Shown one piece after another: positions 39,601 to 51,290 of a stretch of DNA of 64,000 bases. The position numbers and the translations under genes are program-made. Each line of letters opens with the position of its first letter. The stretch's first letter is position 1. Source of the DNA: Zancudomyces culisetae HAW-14-8. Lineage: Eukaryota; Fungi; Kickxellomycota. The stretch spans positions 1,674,001 to 1,738,000 of the forward strand of contig JBNJNM010000012.1 in assembly GCA_052426225.1 (NCBI GenBank), in the 5' to 3' direction. The notes below the pieces were generated by a model that had not been told where the DNA came from, did no database searches, and worked only from the letters and a program-made list of their open reading frames with translations.

Positions 39601-41584
39601 TTATACTACTAGTATTTTTTTGATTTTACAAATAAACATTCCTGATGTATTAGAAACCAACGGATCTATTCGAACACACTTTTTTAATGTTTGCCTGTAC
39701 TTTTCATATTGTGGATATTCTTTGATGACTTGGTCTATTTTCAATGGAGTTTTTCTTATAATTTCATTAACCAAGTACTCTTCACCCTCTTCTTTCTCCC
39801 CTTCCCCCTCCTCTTTCTCCTCCTCATTGTTATTGTTATTGTTATTGGTATTGGTATTCTCAAATGGACCTACCAATATCGCTCGGTACTTCTTTTTATT
39901 TTTATTTTTATTTCTCTTGTTTATATTGTTGTTGTTGTTGTCGTTGTTTTCTTTTTGCTCAAGTTTTTCCAAAAATCTGGCTATTACCAATTCGTTTTGT
40001 CGATAACTTAGTGAACATGTACTATATACCAAAACACCTCCTCTTTCTTTTTCTTCTTTTTCTTGTGCTCTCAAAAGCTCGTATCCTCTTTCCAGTACTC
40101 TTAATTGTTCATCTGGTAATTTGTTGATTCGTTCAGGACTCAATAATTCTTTTAGATTACTTGCTTTTATCCGTTTAACATTGACTCTCTCATCACCATC
40201 ACCATCACCACCATTATTACTATTATTATTATTATTACTATTGTTGTTGTTATTGTTTTGTCTTGTTATTTCTTCATTAATTCGCAAATGTGTCATTGAT
40301 CCATCTTGTGAACATTCTGCATCTACCAATACTCTATCATAATAATACTTTTGATTTATGTTTTCACCATCACCATCACCATCATTATTATTATCACCAT
40401 CAATATCGACAAGTATACTTGGTTTTCTTAATGGTTTATATGCAAACCATGGAACTATCATCTCTACTTTTTTTTTCTCTTTATTTATATTCTCATTTCC
40501 ATTCTCATTACTACCACTACCATCTTTGATATTTTTACTCCCTATTTTCCACCACAAATCATTAGGTGGTGCAACCGCAAACTTTGTTCCATCGCTCAAA
40601 TACAACCGTGTCCTTATTCTCCCATTTCCACTAGCCTTTTTCACCAAACTCCTACATGCCATTAACCGTCGTTCTGATATATCTACTCCTGTCACTGTCC
40701 CGTAATTGGTCGTATCAATTCCCAATGGCAATGACAATCCACCTCTCACACTGTCATCCTTTATTGTTGTTGTATTTGTTGTTGTATTTGTATTTGTATT
40801 AGTATTTGCTGACATTTGGTCTGCTATCAGTAATAACTTTCCACCCGGTGCACAACAAAGATCCAACACATGATCCGTACACGTCGCCCCAAGTGCTAGC
40901 GCAACTAATCCTGAACTAATATCTATTCCAGTAATCTAAAAAATATATAAAATAATAGTAATATAGTAATATTACAGAAAAATTCAAATCTTTATTTCTA
41001 TTTAAATACCCTCCCCCTCTTCCCCTTTCTCCTCGTGCTCCCCAACTCTTAAAAACATTTAGAATAATATTAGTTTTACCTTGCCCGATTTATACCTATT
41101 TTCATTTATATATATATAAATATAAATATAAATAAAAGTATATGGATTTAAAAATCGAGGTTTCACAAAATACAAGTCCTCTCTTATTTTATTTTATTTT
41201 ATTTTGTTTTTAAAAAAAATGAAAAAGAAAACCCCTCCTCCTCCTCCCCCCACCTTTTCACTCTATTACTTACATTTTACAATCAGATATTCGCTTTTTA
41301 GAATCAGAAATCTCCAAAAACCCTCTAACCAACCGGCTAGGAACTACAGGTGTAGACAACTCGCCCTCCAGCTGCGCCGCAAGTCCGGTTAGAAAAGCCC
41401 AATCGCCCTGATCCGAATGAGCAACTTTGCCGAGTTCGCATTTGTACCCGACCACGCGTACGTACCGCGGCAAGGAATCGAGCTTTAGATATTTTTCGCC
41501 TTGTAGATCATTTTCTTGGTAAAAGTTTGTTATTGTTGTCAAGAATGTTTGTTTTGGTGGTGAATTGCTCGGTTTATCCTCCAT
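39601..41584 (-). CDS. NOL1/NOP2/Sun (RsmB/NSUN) family RNA m5C methyltransferase, 3 exons including a 16-nt micro-exon
   Basis: Exon 1 41584-~41274, micro-exon 41095-41080, exon 3 from ~40935. Motifs: VLDLCCAPGGK (I), YDRVLVDAECS (IV), LVYSTCSLS (VI), SGMFICKI. Confidence 0.9.
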
Positions 41585-41895
41585 TCTTTATTTTCTTTTA
41601 TTTTTTGAGTTTCTAAATATTTTTATATCATAGTTGATCAAAATTAAAAACCTTTATTTTAATTTTTTTTGTTTTTTTTTTTTGAAAATAATACGAGAAA
41701 TTAATCGAAAAAAAATATATTATTTAATAATCATGAAGGGGGGGGGGGAATAATTTAGTATATTTTTTTTAACTCGTAAACTATCAAGAACATTAAAGAA
41801 TATTATATTAATAATTGTAAAAAACAAACGCGTAACATGAAAATCTGTAATAAATAAAAAAAAACATGAACAGATCCAATTTATTCAGTATCTTT

Positions 41896-44313
41896 TTATT
41901 CTTGGATCAATGTTGAAGATGATTTTGGCTCTACAGATTCGGTTACAGCTGTATCGGGTTGTGGAGTCTTTGATGGCAAGCTGCTATCGTTTGTGGTTGT
42001 GTGTTCTGTCTGTTCTGTCTGCTTTGTTTGTGTTTGTGTTTGTGGTTGTGGGTCGGATGTATCACTAGAAAAAGATGATGTAGCGTTACTTGTATCTTGT
42101 GGAGTTGAAAAGTTTTCTTCGGCTGGCACTTGAGCCTGTGGTTGCTGAACTTCAGCTTGGGATTGAGTTTGAGTTTGAGCTTGGGTCTGAGCTTGAGCCT
42201 GGGTTTGAGTTTGAGCTTGGGTCATAGATTGAGCCTGCATTTGTGCCATGTATTGAGCTTGAGCCCGGGCTTGAGCTTGGGCTTGCATTTGTGCTTGTAG
42301 CTGAGGATTTCCATACAATCCATTTGGCATGGGGAATGAACTTGAGGGGACTGTAAATCCTGGGTAAGCATTTGGACCAGAAGGAGGTGTCATCATGGGC
42401 GACTGAGGATACATAGTGGTAAACTGAGGCATAAATGGACTCATTTGCGGCATCATGTGTACACCCGATGGAGTAGAAAGTGAAACGGTTCCGACAGCTT
42501 GTGCACCGGATTCTTGAGGCATAAACGATGCTCGGTTGGAAGGTGGTGCTGTGCTTGTGGCATCCGTACCATCTGCAGGCTCTTCAACGGCGGAATTTTG
42601 GATCAAAGGAACATATACAATCTGGCCGTTGGGTTGTTGGACGGGATAGTATGAAAACACTTGGTTGGAAGCGTTTCCATACTCAATAGCGCCAGTTCCA
42701 GTTAGAAGCAAAGGCTGAGCTGGCTGGGCCAATTGAGGCTGTGTGGGTGTTGGTTCTGGCATTGCTGTGCTTGGTAAACCCTGAGGTGACATTGGTGGCG
42801 AGGATAGTACTGAACGGACACTGTTGGCGTCCTGGATACGCAGGTTGGTCTTGGGTGTATCTTCTATAGCTAAGGGCTTGCGACTTTGAGTTGGCTCCTC
42901 GAGCTCAAATATTTCCAAAATCGAAACAGTGGTGTATTGATGGATGGTTTCCCACCAACCCTTCATCTCTTCGTAGTTTTCTGCCTTGAATACATACTTG
43001 TTTTTGTTGGTAATGTTTGTCGTAATTGCTGTGGTCTTTGCACTTCCCTTCTTGGTATAAATCATAAATGCGCTTCTTGGCAAAGCAGGAGAATCAAGAG
43101 GTGCCAGCGAAATAGATGGAAGATAGATGGTAACATTGGGTGTCGATGAAACTTTAACTCCTGGTGCCTCATCAAGTACGTGAAGGAATCCTCCCTCGGT
43201 AATGATTGCTTGACAATTAATGTATTTTCCATTTTTCATAGATCCAATGCTTTCACGTTGAAGTTTACCTCTCTTGACTACCTTCAGTACTGGACTGTCC
43301 ATATACGAATATTGGTAATCTGATACATTTGAATTTCCGCCACAGTTCTGTGGGTTAGCCAACAGGTTTTTGTATTTGGTTGCAAACTTTGTCCACTCTG
43401 ACGAAACCAAAACTTTGGAAAATGTTTCAATTACTTCGGTCTGCAGTTCACTGTTACGTGTGCCATTTCCTGCTTCCCATGTTAAAAATCCTGTCACTAC
43501 GTTGTTAAGGTTCTGCAAAAACAGTGGCTCCCACTTTGATAGCTTTTCCAGTTCACTCTTGACAGCGTTGTAGAGGGTATTCTCCATATCCACATACTTG
43601 GCTATTTGGGTTCGCATATTTACGTTGTGTAAATATGGATCTCCTGCCTTTGGCGCTTCGGCTTCGATCTTGACCATCTCCACAGCCTTTTCAAGTGTTT
43701 GTTCAAGTTCTTCAATACCTCTCCTGCACTTGTTTAGGTTGGTAAAAATCAGTCCTATTCTACTTGAGTAATCGTGTGTTTTCTCTCTCACTTCTTCTAG
43801 CAACCTTTCCAAATTGTCAACAACATTATTTGCGTTCTTTAGGCCTGCTTGTGCCTTAAATTTAAGTTGATCGGCTAGGAATGATTGAAGTACCATAGCA
43901 CAACCGTTTTCTCCCTCCTCGTCAGCTGGAATAAACAAAAAGTCGTTTTTCACTGGCGCCTTTAGAATATCTGTTCCTGTTTGGTACGTATCGACTGATT
44001 GTTGGTAGAGCTTGACTACACTTTCAAAAAATACAAGATACGATTTAACAAGCTGTTTCCACCCTCCTAATCTTAGGCATACCAGGTCGCTTTCATCACC
44101 CGTTCCCACATTGTTGGTTGCCTTGTTTTTGGCTCGCAAAAAGTCCTTTGATCCAGATACATCAAGGTCAGGAGAGTCACTTCTTGAAGTCTCTACCACC
44201 TCTTGTGGGTTAGCTTTCAAGGTCTCGGTATCTCCAACCACAAACTCGTGTGGAATGGCTTTGGACTTTGATTTGATCCCAAAAGTCCTTCTTAGTGCCT
44301 TTTTAAAAGTCAT
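41896..44313 (-). CDS. Slm1-like BAR-PH phosphoinositide-binding protein with a Q/P-rich tail
   Basis: BAR start RLGGWKQLVKSYLVFFE, DPYLHN, and PH domain KRGKLQRE...IITEGGFLHVL...YVFKAENYEEMKGWWETI. Confidence 0.85.
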   Translation of the reverse strand: MTFKKALRRTFGIKSKSKAIPHEFVVGDTETLKANPQEVVETSRSDSPDLDVSGSKDFLRAKNKATNNVGTGDESDLVCLRLGGWKQLVKSYLVFFESVVKLYQQSVDTYQTGTDILKAPVKNDFLFIPADEEGENGCAMVLQSFLADQLKFKAQAGLKNANNVVDNLERLLEEVREKTHDYSSRIGLIFTNLNKCRRGIEELEQTLEKAVEMVKIEAEAPKAGDPYLHNVNMRTQIAKYVDMENTLYNAVKSELEKLSKWEPLFLQNLNNVVTGFLTWEAGNGTRNSELQTEVIETFSKVLVSSEWTKFATKYKNLLANPQNCGGNSNVSDYQYSYMDSPVLKVVKRGKLQRESIGSMKNGKYINCQAIITEGGFLHVLDEAPGVKVSSTPNVTIYLPSISLAPLDSPALPRSAFMIYTKKGSAKTTAITTNITNKNKYVFKAENYEEMKGWWETIHQYTTVSILEIFELEEPTQSRKPLAIEDTPKTNLRIQDANSVRSVLSSPPMSPQGLPSTAMPEPTPTQPQLAQPAQPLLLTGTGAIEYGNASNQVFSYYPVQQPNGQIVYVPLIQNSAVEEPADGTDATSTAPPSNRASFMPQESGAQAVGTVSLSTPSGVHMMPQMSPFMPQFTTMYPQSPMMTPPSGPNAYPGFTVPSSSFPMPNGLYGNPQLQAQMQAQAQARAQAQYMAQMQAQSMTQAQTQTQAQAQTQAQTQTQSQAEVQQPQAQVPAEENFSTPQDTSNATSSFSSDTSDPQPQTQTQTKQTEQTEHTTTNDSSLPSKTPQPDTAVTESVEPKSSSTLIQE

Positions 44314-45426
44314 TTTTGATTAATTATCTCTTTTTTATTTATTGTCGCTATTGAGGATGATTGTTTTGTTTCTGTTATTACACTCTTTAGTGTCCTCTTT
44401 TTTTTCTTATTAGTAGGTATTATGAGTAAACGCTTTAAAGACAAGGTTAATATTAATATAACGAAATTGGTTTATCACATTTGAATGGAATTTTCAATTA
44501 CTTTTTATATTCCACCACATTAACTTGGAATAATCCCAAATTCCAGCATGTCGTCCTTCTTTTTCATTGAATAACAACATTTGATTTTTTCTTTTGATAA
44601 CGTAAATTAAATTGATCATGATTTACAAAAATAGCCGCTTTTCTGATGAAGTACTAATTTGTTATCCAAAATCTTTTTAATTCAATTAAATTAATTTCAC
44701 GTAACGTGAAAAAATAATCGAATCAAATCTACCTGATAACTTTAGTGGGATAATACTGCACTACTCTTTTCATTTTGTGTTATTTAATTCATAACCTTAG
44801 CTTTGTAAATATGCTTGATTTTTTGAAGCCATAATCCCAGTATGTTACCACCTCCACCACTCCCACCATCCCCGCCTCTCCCGCCCCAAAACTTTCTTTA
44901 GATTCAAATTTGTTTTTTTTTTCCAAAAAAGGGGCTTTGTGCAATCCTTGCTATATATAGTTATTCTAGATTTGTTGGGATTTAATAAGGTTTACTGTTT
45001 AGAAAGGTTTGCGATGCCATTAATGTCCTTAAAATGCGTCGATATGATCACTGTGATGTATTCAATAAATATGCGAATATTCTTGCCATTTTTTTATACG
45101 CGCTTCTAGGTTTAATAATCCATGTACGCCCTATATTCCAGAGTGTATCCAAAGGCTTTCTTGTTCCGTCCTAATTTTATCGGCTCAACAAGAAAAAAGA
45201 GTAACGAGTTTGGAGGAGGCGAGGAAGAGAAGGTGGCGTTTACATGAGCTTCATTCAAATGACTATGTTGCGAACTAGAAAGAACTATTACTGCTCATAA
45301 TTAATAAAACCCGTCCAATATATTTTGATGTTATTACCTAAATTGTAAAATGTTAAAAATTACCGTTTACATAAAATTACCGTTTATTGGTCAAATGACG
45401 GGTCATATAACATACAAACAAACAAG

Positions 45427-45585
45427 ATGAGAAGCGATGATGAGAATAGTGTGACCCAACGTGTTGAATTTTGGTGGGCGGAAAGCGAATCAAGTATATT
45501 ACAAACTCTTTGCTTGGTTTCGTTCTTCACATTCATACTTGGAGCTGTTCGGGCAAGCAGGCGTGTAGGAAGCAGACAGAACTAA
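45427..45585 (+). CDS. Possible 52-aa single-pass membrane microprotein
   Basis: Manual translation: MRSDDENSVTQRVEFWWAESESSILQTLCLVSFFTFILGAVRASRRVGSRQN*. One hydrophobic segment followed by a basic tail; A-rich start context. Confidence 0.3.
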   Translation: MRSDDENSVTQRVEFWWAESESSILQTLCLVSFFTFILGAVRASRRVGSRQN

Positions 45586-47109
45586 TTGGGGGTAATGGAA
45601 TTGTGTATTATCTCTTGATTTCAGTATAAATGTTGTATTCACTTTTTGGCAAATCCATGGTTTGTACAATGCTCTGGTGTTTTTTTTGCATTTGCATTTG
45701 TTTTTGTTTATGTTTTTAGTGATATTAGATAAACATTATTCAGAGGTTAATTATATTCATTTTCCCAATGATCAGTAAACTAGCAGGTGGTTTTACCGAT
45801 TAGCGGCAAGCACAAAATAGTTGGATGATTTTTTATTGCTTATATTTACGGAAATAACAAATCTCATATAATTCTCTCGATTCAATTCCTAAAAGAAATT
45901 AATATTCCTCCCTTCCTTCTCACCCTCCCCCCCCAAAAACTAAGTTTTACTAAGAAAAAATAATATGGTCTAAATGGAGAATTGGACTATCTTGGCGTTT
46001 GGTTAAACTTTGAAGGGTTTACCGAGACTTGCTATTGTACTCATGGTCCATTCTTGGTATTAAAGTCACAAAAAAAAAAGCTGCCGCATTATTCCTTCAT
46101 CCCCTTTCCATCTCCTTTACCTCATAAAAAAAAACAAGAGGAAAGGATCGAGTTATTACCAAAAAAAAAAAGTTTTGGGTTCATTCATCTATAAACAACA
46201 AACCCTCATGAAAACTGTGGCAAATGTATAAAATCCTTGGTGCCTTTATTCCTCTTTCTTTTGGACTCGTGAGAGAAGGACAAAACTTCTTTATGGTTGT
46301 TAATTTGTATCTTCACAACAATTATCCTAAAGGTGCTTAAAACTTTTAAACCCCGGTATCTTTGTGTGAAAAATACAATCTAACAAATATTTGCAGGTTG
46401 ATATTATACACAGGTTTGAAGAGTTTTGTCACGTTTCAATCCTGCCCTTGAATTACACTACATTTAGAGAGTAAATGAAATAAGAACCAAATGCGTACTT
46501 TTCCAAATCCAGTCCTCCACTCCCCCTCTCTGGCTTCTTTCCCATGCTTGTTATTTTCAGTAAATCTGGTCACAAAATAAACACATTAATAAATCTAACC
46601 CACATGAGTTGCGGAATTATTGTTGTTGATTCCAAGACCATTTATCTTGACTCAAAAGACTAGACACACCTCAATTAATTCGGCTAAATTTTATTTAATC
46701 TTTTAGAGAGACTGAGAGAGAGAGTATGTGTATGTGTGTGTGTGTATGAGGAGAAGAAGGAAAAAGTGGTGACGATTTAAAGCTAGCTATTTATTATGAG
46801 TATCAACCTGTTATCCTTTTTTTTCGTAAAACTCTATTATTTCGCACTTTATCAATCATATCTGTGTTTATTAAAAAAAAATGATTTAGGAATAAAATAT
46901 GAAAGTATGGTGAAGGAAAAAAATAAATAGCATTTTGGAAACTATATAAAATATGTTTTTGTATATTGTAGTGATGTTTAAATAAGCCAGATTGCCATTA
47001 GTGAAAAAATATTTATAAAAAATATAACGGTCTAGTTTGGTCGACCCAAGTTCAAGAATATGAAGAAAAAAAATTAATATTTAGATCTCATTATTGGCTT
47101 ATCATAAGA

Positions 47110-47508
47110 TTAGGCAAACCATTTTACTGAGACCACAGGACCGTTAGCGTCATTAACGAAGGAGTTAGGGTTCCACCAATGTGATCTACTTCTAAGTGCA
47201 CAAGTTCCCAAGCAATTTGGTTTGGTGCAAAACATAAAAAAGCCGATTCCTGGGGTTGCGTTGTTCATTTTGGCTGAAAGCGATGATGGAATGTTAATAC
47301 ATACGTTGGGGGTGATATTCATTGTTTGTGTTGGGTTTTTATAATCTAGACCAGAAAATAGTTCTAATTTTGTTGTTTTTCCAGCGTTTGCACTAGGGGT
47401 CTTTGTGATTACTACTGGTGATTGTCTCTTCTCAAAAGTTGCACCCCTGATTCCAAAGGCTAGGATGACAACCATGGCGATGATGCTAAACAGTCTAATT
47501 CCGTACAT
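47110..47508 (-). CDS. Small secreted Cys-containing protein, beta/gamma-crystallin-like (132 aa)
   Basis: Signal peptide MYGIRLFSIIAMVVILAFGIRGA, Kex2-type EKR site, 4 Cys, and two Greek-key-like motifs. Confidence 0.75.
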   Translation of the reverse strand: MYGIRLFSIIAMVVILAFGIRGATFEKRQSPVVITKTPSANAGKTTKLELFSGLDYKNPTQTMNITPNVCINIPSSLSAKMNNATPGIGFFMFCTKPNCLGTCALRSRSHWWNPNSFVNDANGPVVSVKWFA

Positions 47509-49323
47509 CTTTTCTATTTTTATTTTCTTCCCTTTCTAGGTATTTGGGTAGAGTTTGTATTTAAATCTAATTGATGAAATTTATAAATTGGCTGATTCTT
47601 CTATAGAAAACAAAGGAAATGATTTTGTGAGAATAACTGGAATGCTTAGAAATATCAAGGCTTTATATACTGGATACGTGAATTTCAAGAAGCACAAATA
47701 CATAACTTATGTTCAACAAACTTTCAACCCGAAGGCTATTAATTCATACTACAAAGTTGATGATTAGTTTTTTGCTTTTTTTTGTTATAAACTTGACACA
47801 AAAAATAAGAATATTCGGATCATACCGAATAAGGATTGGTTTAATGAATAATATCGTTTCTAATACTGATACTCCGTGGATATAACCGCAGTTCATAAAT
47901 ATTCCTGTTCCACCAACTCAATCACAAATGAATGATTTTGATTGTGAAATGTATCATTTGCACTTATTAAATTGGTCAATTGCACTCTATTAAAACAAGA
48001 CACGAGTTGCTTATTAAGTAGTAATAGGAAGGAGAGGGGTGGGATAGCGTTAATTGTTTCTTTCATCGTTTAGAAATTTTGAAATTTAAAAACTATCAGG
48101 AGAGGGGGGGGGTGAGATAAATAGTAGAGTTAGGTAGTTTTCTGATCATCTAAAGACTAGACCACACAATCTATGTCCCATAAAACCGTTTCTTGTGATT
48201 ATTCGCTGTTCGTAAACAATATTAAGCAATGGGATATACACGGTGAGTACCAAAGCGAATAGCAGTGCTTTTTATACGATATTGAGATTAGTGGTGGATA
48301 GTTTGTTTTTTTCATGTTCGCATTTATAGATGTGAGAATAAGCAAGTCGGCTAATGAGGATCAATAAAGTACAACGGGGTATCAATTTCAGTACTTGCTA
48401 TTTTTCAATTCAATCTATTTTTCAATCCAATCTATGTTTTTTATTCTCGCTGAGACATTAAAAGGTCTCGGACAATGATACTTGATATAGAAAAAAAAAG
48501 TCTACTGGAGTAATTTTGCTCCATTTGTCTAATCTCAAGAAACGTTTTCAGTTGTGTCAGACTTTAGTATGGGGTTTATTGTGTTAAAAAATGTGACAGA
48601 AATGGCCCTCTTTGCATCAAAAATAGCAAAATCCGACTCACCAATTAAACTTGAAAGAGTTTTAGCGGAGATGCTTACTAACACACCATGGGTCTCAAAC
48701 CTCGAGATGACAAAATGTAGTGCGCTTGATGAACCAGGCTTATAATAGGACTAAACCACCATAAAATCTTCGTGGCTTCACGAACACAGGTTTTGTTGAA
48801 TTTTATCGACTCGGGTCAACACCTGGTTAAGGGGTGTGTAGCAATGCGATGGTGAAGCTGAAACCTGTAAACACAATAAACTAAAGATGTGTTCAGTTTT
48901 CTTTGTGTCCTCTTTTTGTATCTGAACTCGGCGAATACTTTATTGGTGTGCATCAAAAACAATCATAACTATAGCCCGAACATAAAAATCTTACATAGTG
49001 CATCGCTTGTTAACACTACATGAGGTGATTATCAAAAAACATGGGTATCAAGAGTGTGGGATGGTCGCACATCTAGTTATTATGAGCGAGAAGATCTTTT
49101 TTTTTCATGTTAAGATTGTATTTTGTGCTTTCTAGTCTGATTTGTTCAAGCGCAAAGATTTTGACTTCATAAAAATAAAATTAATAAAAAAATAGACCAA
49201 ACAAAGCACAAAATATTTGAATTAACGTAAACATGTAAAAGCAGGATTGAAAACAATAATACTATATTGCTTAATTGAAGTATCACGGATTTTGGCAAAC
49301 AGAATAAAAAAGCAGCGACAGCG

Positions 49324-50890
49324 ATGGTTAGCTACAGACCGGTTTGTATTGAATACAGTGAAGGTAAAAGGAGGCATCTTAAATTACTTGCACTATATGC
49401 TCACTTATAAAGCTAATACTAAATCTCTAAAGGAATTTAGTGTAAAGATATTAAATTTTACCAAAATATAGATTTTGAAAGCAGAACGGAAAAAATAGTG
49501 AACAAGTATATTAAAAGCATAAAAGAGGCTGTCCCAGAAAAAGAGAAAATGAATAAACATAAGCATAACGAGGTAAGGGATAATTACCCTTAACTAAACC
49601 GTATAGGCAATAAATGCAAGATTCTGTACGTACGTAGAGCATGGGAAGATATGATTTAACTGAGGAGTTGGAGGAAGAAAATGCATTTATACTTGAGGAC
49701 TACGAAATAGACTCAATAAATGTGGAAAGCGATCAGGAAAAGATATTCAAGGTACCACAAAAAACATCATACGAGAAAGTTATTATGTTTTTGGATTCAT
49801 TCCAAACTTAGTTGATTGATCTACGAGAAGAGATATTGGTACAAATACCATCAAATTAACACCTAGTAACAAAAATTCTAGAGACTAGGGGAAGCCACGG
49901 TAAATAGCATAAAAAAAAATCGCAACAGCCGGAAGACCCCAAGGAAAGTATTGACTCCAGAGTCGTTTCGGATGGATTATGCTATCGAAGAGTTTGAAGT
50001 ACCACAGTTTAACCTGAATTTAAGCCCGATTCCTCTACCTTTAGAGTCAGAAAAAGAAAATACAACGGGATTTCCAACTACAAAAGTAGCCGTTGATCAT
50101 GGTAGTATAAAAAGTGATGGAGAAAGCATTTTTTCGCATAATCGTCGGAGGAAAGAGGAGCTGAAACGCAAGCGTAGAGTAGGTATGGACAGTAGAGCCG
50201 TACCAGAATGGAACAAAAATAGTTCCATGAATACAGACAAAAGTCAACTTGTTGTGACTTATGGACGAGAGATCGGTCACAATGTCCGAAGAGGAGCGAA
50301 GAGGACGAGCAAAAGGCACAATCGAGCTATTGGACGGCGGTTAGGGGGTGATACATCTGAAGACGGCGGATATAGACGTGAGTACGAAATGTTGGGTCGG
50401 GGAGTGAAGGGTGTGCACCGATACGAGTATTCACAGATGATGGCATTGTATTTTAAAATGAGATTCGAGATGGACGACTTAAAGGTAATTGTGGCTTTAT
50501 TTATTTTATAGTTTGTCTATCAGTATGGATGTATACATTTTATATTACAAAAACAACACCAGTACTAACCTAGAGAGTATATCGGAATAGAGAGCTTTTG
50601 AACAACTAAAATCACAGTTAAACGAGCAAGGAAATAGTGAGAAGAGAGGCAGTCGTGCGGATACTAAAATCCAAACATCAATGAGAGTTACAACTTTTTC
50701 TAAAACAGTACCCAAAAGGCTGGATTTTAACTCTGCAGCAACTGGGAAAGTCGAGCAGAGAAAAGTATCAGAATTCAGTCTTACCCGGTTTCTTTGGGTG
50801 ATTTCTACCGTATTAGTCACTGTGCCAGTACTTGTGTTTATTTATTTACTACCAAACTCCGCATTTTTCGATCTAAAATATGATCTATAG
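49324..50890 (+). CDS. Hypothetical tail-anchored membrane protein, 5 exons
   Basis: In-phase GT-AG splicing: MVSYRPVCIEYSE|DFESRTEK...NE|SMGRYDL...IFK|RLGEAT...DDLK|RAFEQLK...FLWVISTVLVTVPVLVFIYLLPNSAFFDLKYDL*. Confidence 0.7.
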
Positions 50891-51290
50891 GCGTAGAAGC
50901 AAAAATAGTGATGTTTTACGGCAGGATTTGTAAGATAAATAACTCATTGTTTATTGGAGAAGTTTTGTTGAGTATTTGATTAGGTAGAAGTTCTGTAGTT
51001 ATAGTTTAGTAATAAACTGTGTGGATGTACTTTCTTGATTTATGTCAGCTAACATGCTATAATGTGAGCAACGTGAAGGGGTTTTTTTTTTTGCACCTTG
51101 GAGTTGGTAGTCATTTAAATAAAGTTATTTTCAGCAATTTTTGGAAAGCCGAATGAATGGCAAATAAAAAAAGCGTGCGCTTAAAAAATTTGAGATGAAA
51201 AAAAATGCACTCAAATCGGAATTAGTGGTTAACTATCTGGTTCTATTTTCAATTCATAAGAAAAAAACAAAATAAAGCAAAGCTCAGAAA

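Noticed and set aside
33188-40705. Alternate-frame ORFs with poly-L/I/H/F tracts in the Sec7 and NSUN genes
   Set aside because: Shadow translations of coding microsatellites.
48480-48870. Open stretches on both strands
   Set aside because: Interrupted by stops, with no convincing start or splice model and no motif.
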